Shown: piece after piece, positions 1 to 8,700 of the stretch | Position numbering within the stretch: position 1 is the first letter of the stretch | Layout of the letters: every line of letters starts with the position of its first letter | IMG/VR virus record: IMGVR_UViG_3300023197_000086 | Span: 30,693 to 94,692 of that record | DNA length: 64,000 bases | Source: a virus | Strand: one strand, 5' to 3' | The notes under the pieces: generated by a model | What the model saw: only the letters and a program-made list of their open reading frames with translations | Database searches by the model: none | Told to the model about the DNA's origin: nothing | Position numbers and translations under genes: made by a program

Positions 1-267
1 CAACTGGACCGGCAAATCATCGCGACCCTGGTGGAGCAGTTCGAGTCCGGCCCGGCCGGGCTCCAAACACTCGCCGGAGCGATCGCCGAGTCCGCGGATA
101 CGGTCGAAAGCCATGAGCCGTATCTCACCCAGATCCGCTTTCTCGAACGGACGGCCAAGGGCCGACTCGCCACGGATCGCGCTCGGCGCTACGTCAAGTC
201 ACAGCGTCGGGCCGAGGCCAATGCCGAGCGTGCGGAACCGGCGACGATCGGCTCGCTCTTTGGATAG
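1..267 (+). CDS. ruvB: Holliday junction branch-migration helicase RuvB, C-terminal winged-helix part (5'-truncated by window)
   Basis: Frame is open from base 1: QLDRQIIATLVEQFESGPAGLQTLAGAIAESADTVESHEPYLTQIRFLERTAKGRLAT. This parallels the RuvB C-terminus (DRKLL..F.GGPVGL..LAAAIGEE..TIE..EPYLIQ.GFLQRTPRGRMAT). Confidence 0.85.
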   Translation, partial: QLDRQIIATLVEQFESGPAGLQTLAGAIAESADTVESHEPYLTQIRFLERTAKGRLATDRARRYVKSQRRAEANAERAEPATIGSLFG

Positions 268-282
268 GAAGGAGGGCAACGA

Positions 283-2376
283 TTGCCACCGCTGGCATTG
301 AACCCCGCCGACGACCTGGGACTGTTCGACTTCCAAGCAGAAGACCTGTCACGAATCGCTTGCCGTGACGCGGCGATCCTGTCATGGGAACAAGGACTGG
401 GAAAGACGTTTGGCGGGCTGATCTACGCCACCCTCAAGGGCGGACACCGTAACCTCATCATCGCCCCGCAATCGCTCTACTCGCAGTGGGAAGCGGATGC
501 CGCCAAGCTCGGCATCCGCCTCCACCGCATCCAGAACATGGAGGACGCCCTGCACGTGGGCCGGACCCAGCCCGAAGGCTGGTACTTCATCCACTACGAG
601 CTCTTGAAGGGCAACGGCCGCCCGAATCGGCGTGTCAAGGGCGGGCCCGAGGGCATGACCGGCCTACCGCCGAAGCTCAACGACGGCGAGGTCTGGCGGC
701 AAGGGCCGATGTGGGAGGAACTGGGCGGCGGTGCGACGAAGAAGTCTGCCGCCTACGCCTACGCCCACTACGGCCCCACCTGCCCGGCGTGCGGCGCCCG
801 CTGGCGCGGGGCGGGGGAGCTGCCGCCCGCCCAATGCCGGTGCGGCCACGTCAACGCCTACGCCGACCTGCGCACCGACGAGGACGAGGAACAATCCTTC
901 ATCACATGGTGTGTGAACTGCGGCGAGGTTGTGGACTGGAACGGCGTCAGCTGTGCGAGCTGCGGCCATCACCGCTACCGCGCCCGGCCCCGCTCGATCT
1001 ATCAGCTGTTGAAGCACTACGCCGACACGATCGTGGTGGACGAGGGCGTGAAGCTCAAGAACATCGAGTCGCTGCAAGCGCAGAGCGTCCATGCGCTGCA
1101 CGCCGACCACAAGCTGATCCTGTCCGGCTCGCCGATCAAGAACACGCTCGCGGACATCTTCTGGCTGTTGCATTGGGCGTTCGGCGAGGGGTCCGCGATC
1201 TTCCCGTACCGCTATCACGGCGGGCAGGCGAAGTTTATGGAGGACTTCTGCGTCTACTACCAAGAGGGAACGGATTACGAGCGTGGGAATACGAGCGGCA
1301 AGCGCTTCCAGCCCGAGATCACCAACGTGTCGATGTTGTGGCGCCTGCTCGGCCCGGCGATCTGCCGGCGGCGCAAGCGGGACGTGGAGGGGCTGGAGAT
1401 GGTGGACCGCACCACGCACTTCGTCGCCCTGCCGCCCGCCAAGGAGCAGCAGCAAGCGTACACATGGTGGATGCAGAACTTCGCCGAGTGGTTTCGATCC
1501 GTTCACGGCGGCGACGAGCGCATGATCGAGCTGCGCCAGAAGCTACTCGGCCAGCTGAACAAGCTCAAGCTCGTCACCACGATTCCGTCCTCTCAGAAGC
1601 TCGAAACCGAACTGGACGAGGACGGGCTGACCAAGGCTGGCTACAAGCTCGGCGACGGGCTGACGCCGAAGTCCGTGTGGGTCTTGGAGTCGTGCCTGCA
1701 GTGGACACATGAGGGGCACCAGACGGTGCTGTTCACGACGCTGCAGGACAACGCCAACTTCCTGTGGGCCGAGCTCAACCGGCTCGGCTTGCGCGCCACG
1801 ATCGCCAACGGCAACGTGCCGCCGAAGCAGCGCCAAAACGTGATCGACGACTTCAAGAAGGGCGACTACGACATCCTGATCGCCGGCACCGAGGCGGTTA
1901 ATTTGGGGCATAACCTGGAAAACGCCAGCCGGGTCATCATGACAGACTTTCCTTGGGAGCACTCAACTCTAAGACAAGCGATCGAGCGTGTCCACCGGCT
2001 CACGTCTCAGTACGATGTGCACATCTACATGCTGTATCACGAGGACATGATCGACGCCTACCACCTCGAGATGATCCGGCGCAAGGCCGACTCCAGCGAC
2101 ATCGCTCTCGAGGGCGAGGTCAACGACCAGCAGGAGCAGCGCGTCGATCTGTTCAAGATGGCGCAGCAGATGATGTCGGACTGGACGGGCTTCATGGAGA
2201 ACGGGGTGCCGCACCAGAAGGACTTGCGGGGCCAAGTCGCCAAGCTCGAACCTTACGATGTGACGAGCCTGCGCGAGCCGAGCCAGGACTCTCCAACCCA
2301 CACTGGTGCCACCGATCTGCAAGTGCAAGAGACCGTGTCCGAGGAAAACGAACTAGTCGAGCTGTCGTTGTTCTGA
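283..2376 (+). CDS. SNF2-family (SF2) helicase/ATPase with Cys-rich Zn-ribbon insertion
   Basis: Walker A WEQGLGKT, Walker B-like VVDEGVK, motif III ILSGSPIKN, C-lobe AGTEAVNLGHNLENASRVI..FPW...QAIERVHRL. Inserted CPACG/CRCGH/CVNCG/CASCG knuckles. Confidence 0.85.
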   Translation: MPPLALNPADDLGLFDFQAEDLSRIACRDAAILSWEQGLGKTFGGLIYATLKGGHRNLIIAPQSLYSQWEADAAKLGIRLHRIQNMEDALHVGRTQPEGWYFIHYELLKGNGRPNRRVKGGPEGMTGLPPKLNDGEVWRQGPMWEELGGGATKKSAAYAYAHYGPTCPACGARWRGAGELPPAQCRCGHVNAYADLRTDEDEEQSFITWCVNCGEVVDWNGVSCASCGHHRYRARPRSIYQLLKHYADTIVVDEGVKLKNIESLQAQSVHALHADHKLILSGSPIKNTLADIFWLLHWAFGEGSAIFPYRYHGGQAKFMEDFCVYYQEGTDYERGNTSGKRFQPEITNVSMLWRLLGPAICRRRKRDVEGLEMVDRTTHFVALPPAKEQQQAYTWWMQNFAEWFRSVHGGDERMIELRQKLLGQLNKLKLVTTIPSSQKLETELDEDGLTKAGYKLGDGLTPKSVWVLESCLQWTHEGHQTVLFTTLQDNANFLWAELNRLGLRATIANGNVPPKQRQNVIDDFKKGDYDILIAGTEAVNLGHNLENASRVIMTDFPWEHSTLRQAIERVHRLTSQYDVHIYMLYHEDMIDAYHLEMIRRKADSSDIALEGEVNDQQEQRVDLFKMAQQMMSDWTGFMENGVPHQKDLRGQVAKLEPYDVTSLREPSQDSPTHTGATDLQVQETVSEENELVELSLF

Positions 2377-2380
2377 GATC

Positions 2381-2568
2381 CCACCCGAAGGCGATAAGTT
2401 CACTTTTGGATGGCCACAATTCGCCTCTGGGTGGAAATCTCAATCTCGTCGGCCCGCGCCGAAGGCGATGCATAGCATTTTGGATTGGTGGATTTCGCCT
2501 TCGGGCGAGCAATCCCTCCACCCTGGCGATTGGTTTCATTATGGACTCCACAAATTCGCCAGGGCGGA
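2381..2568. repeat. Array of three inverted-repeat hairpins with equal-length 26-nt loops (GGCGAT-N9-TWTGGA-N9-TTCGCC); candidate structured ncRNA array
   Basis: Stems 2381-2394/2421-2434, 2459-2468/2495-2504 and 2517-2529/2556-2568. TGGA sits at loop positions 13-16 in all three. Outer stem sequences differ but stay complementary. Confidence 0.8.
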
Positions 2569-2655
2569 ATTAAGCGAGGTCGAGGCCACGAACGGGACAG
2601 GCGACCTATCGTCGATCACCGAAGCGCTGGAAGCATCTATCGAGGAGGGCTGACA

Positions 2656-2946
2656 TTGGAACAACCGCTACTGGAACTACCCGAGGTCGAAGAACCGAAA
2701 AGCGATGAACCGGACGCCCACTTGACCAATCTGCCCGATTGGGCACGGCAGCCGGAGAACTGCAAGCGGATCGGCAGGAAGCGAGGCCACCTGATCCGCC
2801 GGATCAAAAAGCGCCACGGCGACATCCCCAATTTCACCATGACGCCGACCGCCGACTTCTGCGTCAAGGTCCGGCCCGGCCAATGGTTCTGGACCCAAGG
2901 CGAGGACATCTTCGAGAGCGTGAAGGGCGGGGTCGATCGGCGGTAG
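2656..2946 (+). CDS. Hypothetical protein (TTG start)
   Basis: GAGGAGG RBS before TTG at 2656, in frame with track ORF 2485..2946. Confidence 0.6.
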   Translation: MEQPLLELPEVEEPKSDEPDAHLTNLPDWARQPENCKRIGRKRGHLIRRIKKRHGDIPNFTMTPTADFCVKVRPGQWFWTQGEDIFESVKGGVDRR

Positions 2947-3001
2947 GCATTGCCCTACGATCGCCTCGATAGGACCAGCAGTATGACAAGGGGCTGATAC
3001 G

Positions 3002-3409
3002 ATGGCCGAACACCGGATGCCGCAGGTCCGGGGCCGTTTCAATGACGCGTTGGACCACCTGGAACGTGAGTTCGATGCCCTCGACACCGAGATCCAAGCC
3101 GCCCGCGATCAGCTCGAAGGGCTGATGCCACACGCCAGCTTCCACTTCAAGTATGTCAAGTGCCGATCCGACTGCCAGTGCAGCAACGGCAACGGGCATG
3201 GCCCGTACGCCTACGCCAGCTATCGAGACCGCAACGGGCGGGTTCGGACCCGCTACATGGGCAAGAACCCCGACCTCCCCGAAGGGAACGTGGACCGCCG
3301 GACCTGGAACCGGATGCAGAACGAACTCAATCGGATTCGCAAGAAACGACAGACGTTGTGGCGCCGGGTCGAGGACGCCTTGGCGCTACTCGAAAGGAGT
3401 TCGGCGTGA
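3002..3409 (+). CDS. DUF6788-like small Zn-binding/coiled-coil protein
   Basis: YVKCRSDCQCSNGNGHGPYAYASYRDRNGRVRTRYMGK matches the KC..C.C..G.GHGPY...R..G....Y.G pattern, flanked by coiled coils. Confidence 0.6.
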   Translation: MAEHRMPQVRGRFNDALDHLEREFDALDTEIQAARDQLEGLMPHASFHFKYVKCRSDCQCSNGNGHGPYAYASYRDRNGRVRTRYMGKNPDLPEGNVDRRTWNRMQNELNRIRKKRQTLWRRVEDALALLERSSA

Positions 3410-3702
3410 TTGTCGAGCTATCAGAACGGGAAAAACAGACGCTCTCCGTCAAGGTTCACAGGTGGGCAAACGGACCTCGCGTCAATCAAGACATGCTCTA
3501 CAACGACCTCATCCACGAACTGATCGAGGGCATCGACTACTCGACTGTCGTCTTACCGGATGCGCCCAAAGTCTACACCCTCTACGACGAGTTCGGCCAC
3601 ATCCTGGTGAGTACCCACAACGAGCCCGACCGCGACGAGATCTGCCGCATCACCGAGGGCGGTGACGCCTACCCCCACATCGTTCAAGTCGAGGAGGGCT
3701 AG
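3406..3702 (+). CDS. Hypothetical protein (GTG start)
   Basis: AAGGAG RBS; GTGA start/stop overlap with the previous gene. Confidence 0.55.
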   Translation: MIVELSEREKQTLSVKVHRWANGPRVNQDMLYNDLIHELIEGIDYSTVVLPDAPKVYTLYDEFGHILVSTHNEPDRDEICRITEGGDAYPHIVQVEEG

Positions 3703-3706
3703 CAGC

Positions 3707-3880
3707 ATGAAGCAAGACAACATCAACCGATTGCTCGGAGTGCAGGCTCGTCTGCTCACCCTACGCTCCGGTGAGACAACGGAGGAGCACGATACCCAAG
3801 AGGAGGAGATCGACTGCATCTACGAGACCATTCTAAACGTGATGATCAGCGAGGGGCTGTTCGGCAGTGACACCGATTAA
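3707..3880 (+). CDS. Small hypothetical protein
   Basis: GAGGAGG RBS, acidic ORF, overlaps the ligase start. Confidence 0.5.
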   Translation: MKQDNINRLLGVQARLLTLRSGETTEEHDTQEEEIDCIYETILNVMISEGLFGSDTD

Positions 3881-4685
3881 CTGGCCTTCGATCCCCGAAC
3901 TGTCCGACACTCCGAACGGAAACGGACTACGGATGGCGCTCAAGCGGGACGGCAGCTTCGTCCAGCTCACTCGAGACTGGATCAAGGGGCGACGGATCGA
4001 CGCGGCCACCGGCGACTACATCGACTACACCGATCTGCTGGCTCCGTCATTCCCGATCGCCAACCTGCCTGAGAACACGCTGTTGGTGGGCGAGTACGTC
4101 GTTGTCGATGCCGACGGCCTCGACGACCTCCCCGCCACGGTCTCGGTGTTGAACAGCACGGAACCGCTTCGCCGCCAGCGAAGCCGGATCGTCCTCTTCG
4201 ACGCCGCCTGGATCGCCGGATACGACGTGCGGCCACGCCCCCAGCATGAGCGCATGGAGCTTGTGCGCCAAGTGGTCAACCGTTGCCCGTTGCCGGGCGT
4301 CGAGGCCGTCACGGAGATGGCTTATGACGCCGATCGCTACGACGAGATCGTCGAGGCCGGGTATGAGGGCGTGGTCGTCAAAGATCCGCACGCCCGATTC
4401 GGCAACGGCATGTGGAAGCTCAAAGGGCGGCGCGAATACACCGTTCGCCTGGGCGACTTCGAGTATGGCGAGGGGGAGATCCACGATCGTGCCGGAGCTT
4501 TCTACATGCAAATAAAGATCAACGGCCGTTGGGTTCACGCCGGCAAGGTCGGCACCGGGTTCTCCAGGCGCGAACGCAAACTGCTGATGGAGAAGGTGCC
4601 GGTCGAGGCGAAGGTCGAGGCGCTCGGCGTCAGCGAAGACGGCAAGCTGCGGCAACCGAGCTTCAAGGAGGTCATCTCATCGTGA
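3867..4685 (+). CDS. Compact ATP-dependent DNA ligase
   Basis: Motif I KRDG, motif IV-V EGVVVKDP..FGNGMWKLK, OB-fold GKVGTGFS, C-terminal LRQPSF. Confidence 0.85.
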   Translation: MTPINWPSIPELSDTPNGNGLRMALKRDGSFVQLTRDWIKGRRIDAATGDYIDYTDLLAPSFPIANLPENTLLVGEYVVVDADGLDDLPATVSVLNSTEPLRRQRSRIVLFDAAWIAGYDVRPRPQHERMELVRQVVNRCPLPGVEAVTEMAYDADRYDEIVEAGYEGVVVKDPHARFGNGMWKLKGRREYTVRLGDFEYGEGEIHDRAGAFYMQIKINGRWVHAGKVGTGFSRRERKLLMEKVPVEAKVEALGVSEDGKLRQPSFKEVISS

Positions 4686-5068
4686 ACGACAACATCCTGC
4701 ACATCTACGGTCAAACCCGTGAGCACGATCGCGTCTTCATCGTCGGCGACCGCACCGGACTCCGCGAACTCCAAGAGGCCATCCAGCACGCCCTCGACTA
4801 CCCTGACGCCGGACTCGGCTACGCCATGACCAACGACGGAGAATATTTCAGCGTCACGACCATCCTGATGGACGACGACTGGCAATCGGAGAACTGGCAA
4901 CAGATGGGCGTCCCCTACAGCGACGACTCCTTCATGTACGCTGCCGAGCAACGGGAGGATGCCATCTGGCCCCGCGATCTGATCCACAACGGGGAAGGTT
5001 GGCGCACCCTTATGGAGCGGGAGAACGCAATACGCGCCCGACGAAATCGAGGAAGGAGTGGTGGTTGA
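4682..5068 (+). CDS. Hypothetical protein (GTG start)
   Basis: AAGGAGG RBS; GTGA overlap with the ligase stop. Confidence 0.55.
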   Translation: MNDNILHIYGQTREHDRVFIVGDRTGLRELQEAIQHALDYPDAGLGYAMTNDGEYFSVTTILMDDDWQSENWQQMGVPYSDDSFMYAAEQREDAIWPRDLIHNGEGWRTLMERENAIRARRNRGRSGG

Positions 5069-5288
5069 CATGCAGTATCAAGAGGAACCCACCGTTTTCG
5101 AGTGCCCGTGCGGCCACAACTGGGCCGAGCGCTTGCCCGTCAACCTGCCGGTCGATGCCTTCATCGCCCGCTTGTCAGCGGCCTCCGTTTGCCCCAACTG
5201 TGGCGGGGAGACCGACGGCGACGTGATGATCCTGACCGGCGACCGGCGAGAAAGCGTGCTGGCTGAGATGGAGAAGAGTCCGATTTAA
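5058..5288 (+). CDS. Small Zn-ribbon protein
   Basis: CPCGH ... CPNCGG. Confidence 0.55.
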   Translation: MVVDMQYQEEPTVFECPCGHNWAERLPVNLPVDAFIARLSAASVCPNCGGETDGDVMILTGDRRESVLAEMEKSPI

Positions 5289-5297
5289 GGAGGTAGC

Positions 5298-5558
5298 ATG
5301 CCTAAATGCCAATGGCTCGGATCAACAGTAGACGAACATGGGAAACTCAAACTTGGCGGGGAACCGCAAACCTGTAACGAATGGGCCGCATTTGCTGTGA
5401 CTACCACGTTCTATGGGAATGAGGTCGAAATAGAAGGCCCCGAACTGCTTTGCAAGCACCATGCCAAGGAGACCTTAGGTGGCCTCCCAGAACGAGTTTA
5501 TGCCGAAAACGCATCCCGAAACATCCTTATAGAGCCAATCTCCGAGGCATCTGCATGA
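5298..5558 (+). CDS. Hypothetical protein
   Basis: AAGGAGG RBS; AT-richer than flanks. Confidence 0.55.
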   Translation: MPKCQWLGSTVDEHGKLKLGGEPQTCNEWAAFAVTTTFYGNEVEIEGPELLCKHHAKETLGGLPERVYAENASRNILIEPISEASA

Positions 5559-5568
5559 CCGCAAGTGT

Positions 5569-5604
5569 TCAGATTGACTACCCTGTGACACGGCGTTAAT
5601 CTGA
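5569..5604 (+). promoter_or_regulatory. Sigma70-like promoter (TTGACT-17-TAATCT) overlapped by an inverted repeat (possible operator)
   Basis: -35 at 5574-5579, -10 at 5597-5602. Arms TCAGATTGAC (5569-5578) and GTTAATCTGA (5595-5604). Confidence 0.45.
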
Positions 5605-5632
5605 CAGCTCCGTCTCTCTACCCAAAGTGCTT

Positions 5633-5670
5633 CGCGCCGGGCGGCTCAGCAGCGCCCGGCGCGTTTTCTT
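5633..5670 (+). terminator. Rho-independent terminator
   Basis: 11-bp perfect stem CGCGCCGGGCG/CGCCCGGCGCG, 9-nt loop, TTTTCTT tail. Confidence 0.8.
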
Positions 5671-5681
5671 ACCTCATAGGG

Positions 5682-5710
5682 TTGACAGACACTCCATGAT
5701 CGTATACCCC
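5682..5710 (+). promoter_or_regulatory. Possible promoter for the helicase gene (TTGACA-17-TACCCC)
   Basis: Consensus -35 with a weak -10 resembling TACCCT at 20409; followed by GGAGAGGAGG RBS. Confidence 0.4.
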
Positions 5711-5730
5711 TTTAGGAGAGGAGGCAACCG

Positions 5731-8700
5731 TTGCCCAAGACGACAGCCAAGCCGCTCATCAAACAGGCCGTCGATGCGCTTGCCGCCGCCTGCGACCAAG
5801 CCAGCTCGACCGACGAGGCCGGCTTCAACAAGTATGACACCAGCCTCGGCCACAGCCTCGCCGAGCGCCCCTATGACTCCTGGTCAGCGAGGCAAGAGTG
5901 GGCGGCATGGAAGATGCTGCGCAAATACCAAGGCCAACTGCGCAACATGGGCATCCAGTACGATGCCATCCCCAAGCCCGACGATCCCGAGGACTACGAA
6001 GTCCCCCGGCGTGTGTCATTGGACGAGGCGGGGGAATACTTCTGGATCGAGTTCCCTTTCGAGTGGAACCTCAAAGAGGCGGTTAAACAGAACGTGCCGG
6101 GGCGCAACTTCCACAAGGAGCCGCGCCCTCACTGGACCGCTCCGACGACCGCCGAGACGGCCCAAGCCCTCAAGCCGATTGTCGAGAGCTACGAGATGGA
6201 GCTCTCCGCGGACGCGGATCAGGCGATGCAGTCGTTGGAAGATGCACCGACCCACCAGCTCACCTTCACCGACGAGGCCATTCAGGTCGCCTTTCCGTAT
6301 GACCCACTGATGCTGAGCGAGGTCAAATCCGCGCCCGGTGCCACCTGGGATCAAGAGAACCGCGTCTGGACGCTGCCCCATGAGCTCGAAAGCATCCATC
6401 TCGCCAAGCGCCTGCAAGACGAGATGGGATTTGAGTGCGACGCCGACAGCCTCGAATCCGTTTACGGCGTCCGCAACCTGGACAAGCTGCTCCAACGCTT
6501 CGAGAGTGAAGTCGAAGCTGCGATCGCCGCCTCCAAGGCCGAGGACGCCGACCTCGAGGTGCCATCCCTCAATGGCACGCTGCGCCCATTCCAGCGGGCG
6601 GGCGCAAAGTATGCGCTCGACGCTCGACGCTGCTTCATTGCGGATTCCATGGGTCTTGGGAAAACCGTCCAGTCTCTAGCTACATTGGAGAAAGCGAATG
6701 CCTATCCGGCCATCATTGTCTGCCCTGCTTCCCTCAAGCATAATTGGCTGAAAGAAGTTCGCATGTGGCTCCCTCACCTGCGCCCCTACGTACTGGCCGG
6801 TCAGACGGGCCGCATCATCCCGGCCCACGATGCCGACGTGATTATTCTCAACTACGATATTCTCCATCATCGGCAGGAGCAGCTGGTCGAGATTGACTAT
6901 CAAGCTGTGATCTTGGACGAAAGCCACAAGTGCAAAAACCAACAAGCTCAGCGGACGAAAGCAGCACAGAATCTTGCTAAGCAAGCCGAGTATCGACTGG
7001 CCCTGACAGGCACGCCGATCACCAACAAGCCTTATGAGCTCGCCTCACAGCTCCGCATCCTGGATCGCTTGGAGGACCTGGGCGGCTGGCGGACATTCGT
7101 GGACCGCTACTGTGCCCCACGCCAAGAGGCAGGCCGTGTGAAATACGACGGAGCCTCGAACCTTGAGCAACTGAACACGAAGCTGCGCAGCCTGTGCTAC
7201 GTCCGCCGCACCAAGGAGGACGTGCTCAAGGATCTGCCGGAGAAGGCCCGCTCCGACGTGCCGATCGAGATCACCAACCTCGAAGAGTACCAACAGGTGG
7301 AGCGGGACGTGATTGACTTTCTCAAAAACGAGGTTGCCCGCGACGAGGCGTTCCGTCAGTCGATCGCCCACCTTCCCGAGGACGAACAGCGGCGCAAGAT
7401 CAACGAGCGCATGTCCGACAAGGAGGAGAAGGCCCGGCGTGCCGAGCGACTGGTGCAGCTGAACACGCTCAAGCGCGTGGCCGCTCAGGGCAAGCTGAAA
7501 CCGGCAATCGACTGGATCAAAGAGTTCCTGGCCAACGGGGAGAAGCTGGTCGTCTTCGCCCACCATCGAGAGATTCAGCGTGCGCTGTCCGAAGCGTTCC
7601 CTGATGCCGCCCATGTCTTAGCCGACGACTCGGGCCAAGCCCGACAGGCCAACGTGGATCGCTTCCAGAACGAGCCGGACTGTCAATTGATGATCGGATC
7701 GCTCAACGCAGCCGGCGTCGGCATCACACTGACAGCGGCGAGCGACGTGGTGTTTCTGGAACTGGCGTGGACGCCCGCCGATCACGACCAGGCGGAAGAT
7801 CGTTGCATTTTAGAAGGGGAGCCGATATTAACTGATCATGGTTGGAAACCCGTAGAGGACATTGCTGAAGGAGATCACGTAGTATCCCATGATGGATACT
7901 GCCACCGAGTGGTTGACACATACTCGCGAAAAGCCAAAAGCGCCTCACCCTTAAGAAGCAAAGATATAGCCGAAATCGAGGTTACGGGATGGCAACACCC
8001 TATTAAGGTAACAACAGACCATCAAGTTTTAACAACACGCGGCTGGCTACCAGCGGGTGACCTCAAACCTCGAGATCAGATAAAGATGCCTCAAACAACT
8101 GAGGGCCCTCCAATTCCCGAAATACCAATATCAGACGACTATCGATGCCGCCAAACATACACCACCCCTGGCCACAACTTGTTCGGTTCCTATTATGAAA
8201 AACAGCGTGTCAAGCCTCCTAGCAAGCAGCGGAACGGGAAACTTACCCCTCTCCCCAGAGCACTCTCTACAGATGAAGACACACTTTTTATACTAGGTTT
8301 TTATATAGGAGACGGGTACGCCTACACAGGTCATGGGAAGGGACGATTTGTTAGCTTTTGTGGACATGATGAAGACCACAATCATCTTCCCAGATGCGAG
8401 CTGTGGAGTAACAGTTTAGGGCTTTCTTCCGCATACGTGCATGACGCGCATAGCCACAGCTGTGAACTACGGATATACTCTGCCGAGCTAGCGTTTTGGT
8501 TCCAGGGGGAGATGGGACGAACACTAGAGTATAAACAGGTCCCAAAGTGGATCTTTGCCTCGTCTGTAAAGCAAAGACGGGAATTCCTCGAGGGATGGGT
8601 TGCTTCAGACGGATACGAAAGATTTCCATCGCGTGGCGGACAACTCCGCCGCGAGGTCATAACAGCCAGTAATAGACTCGCGGCAGACGTCACCCGCCTA

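Noticed and set aside
2381-2568. CRISPR mini-array or protein repeat (GDxxxF/YGxxxFA) interpretation of the hairpin units
   Set aside because: Constant parts are only 6 nt, variable parts 9 nt, and no cas genes are present. Unit periods of 74 and 61 bp break the frame and unit 2 has an in-register TAG.
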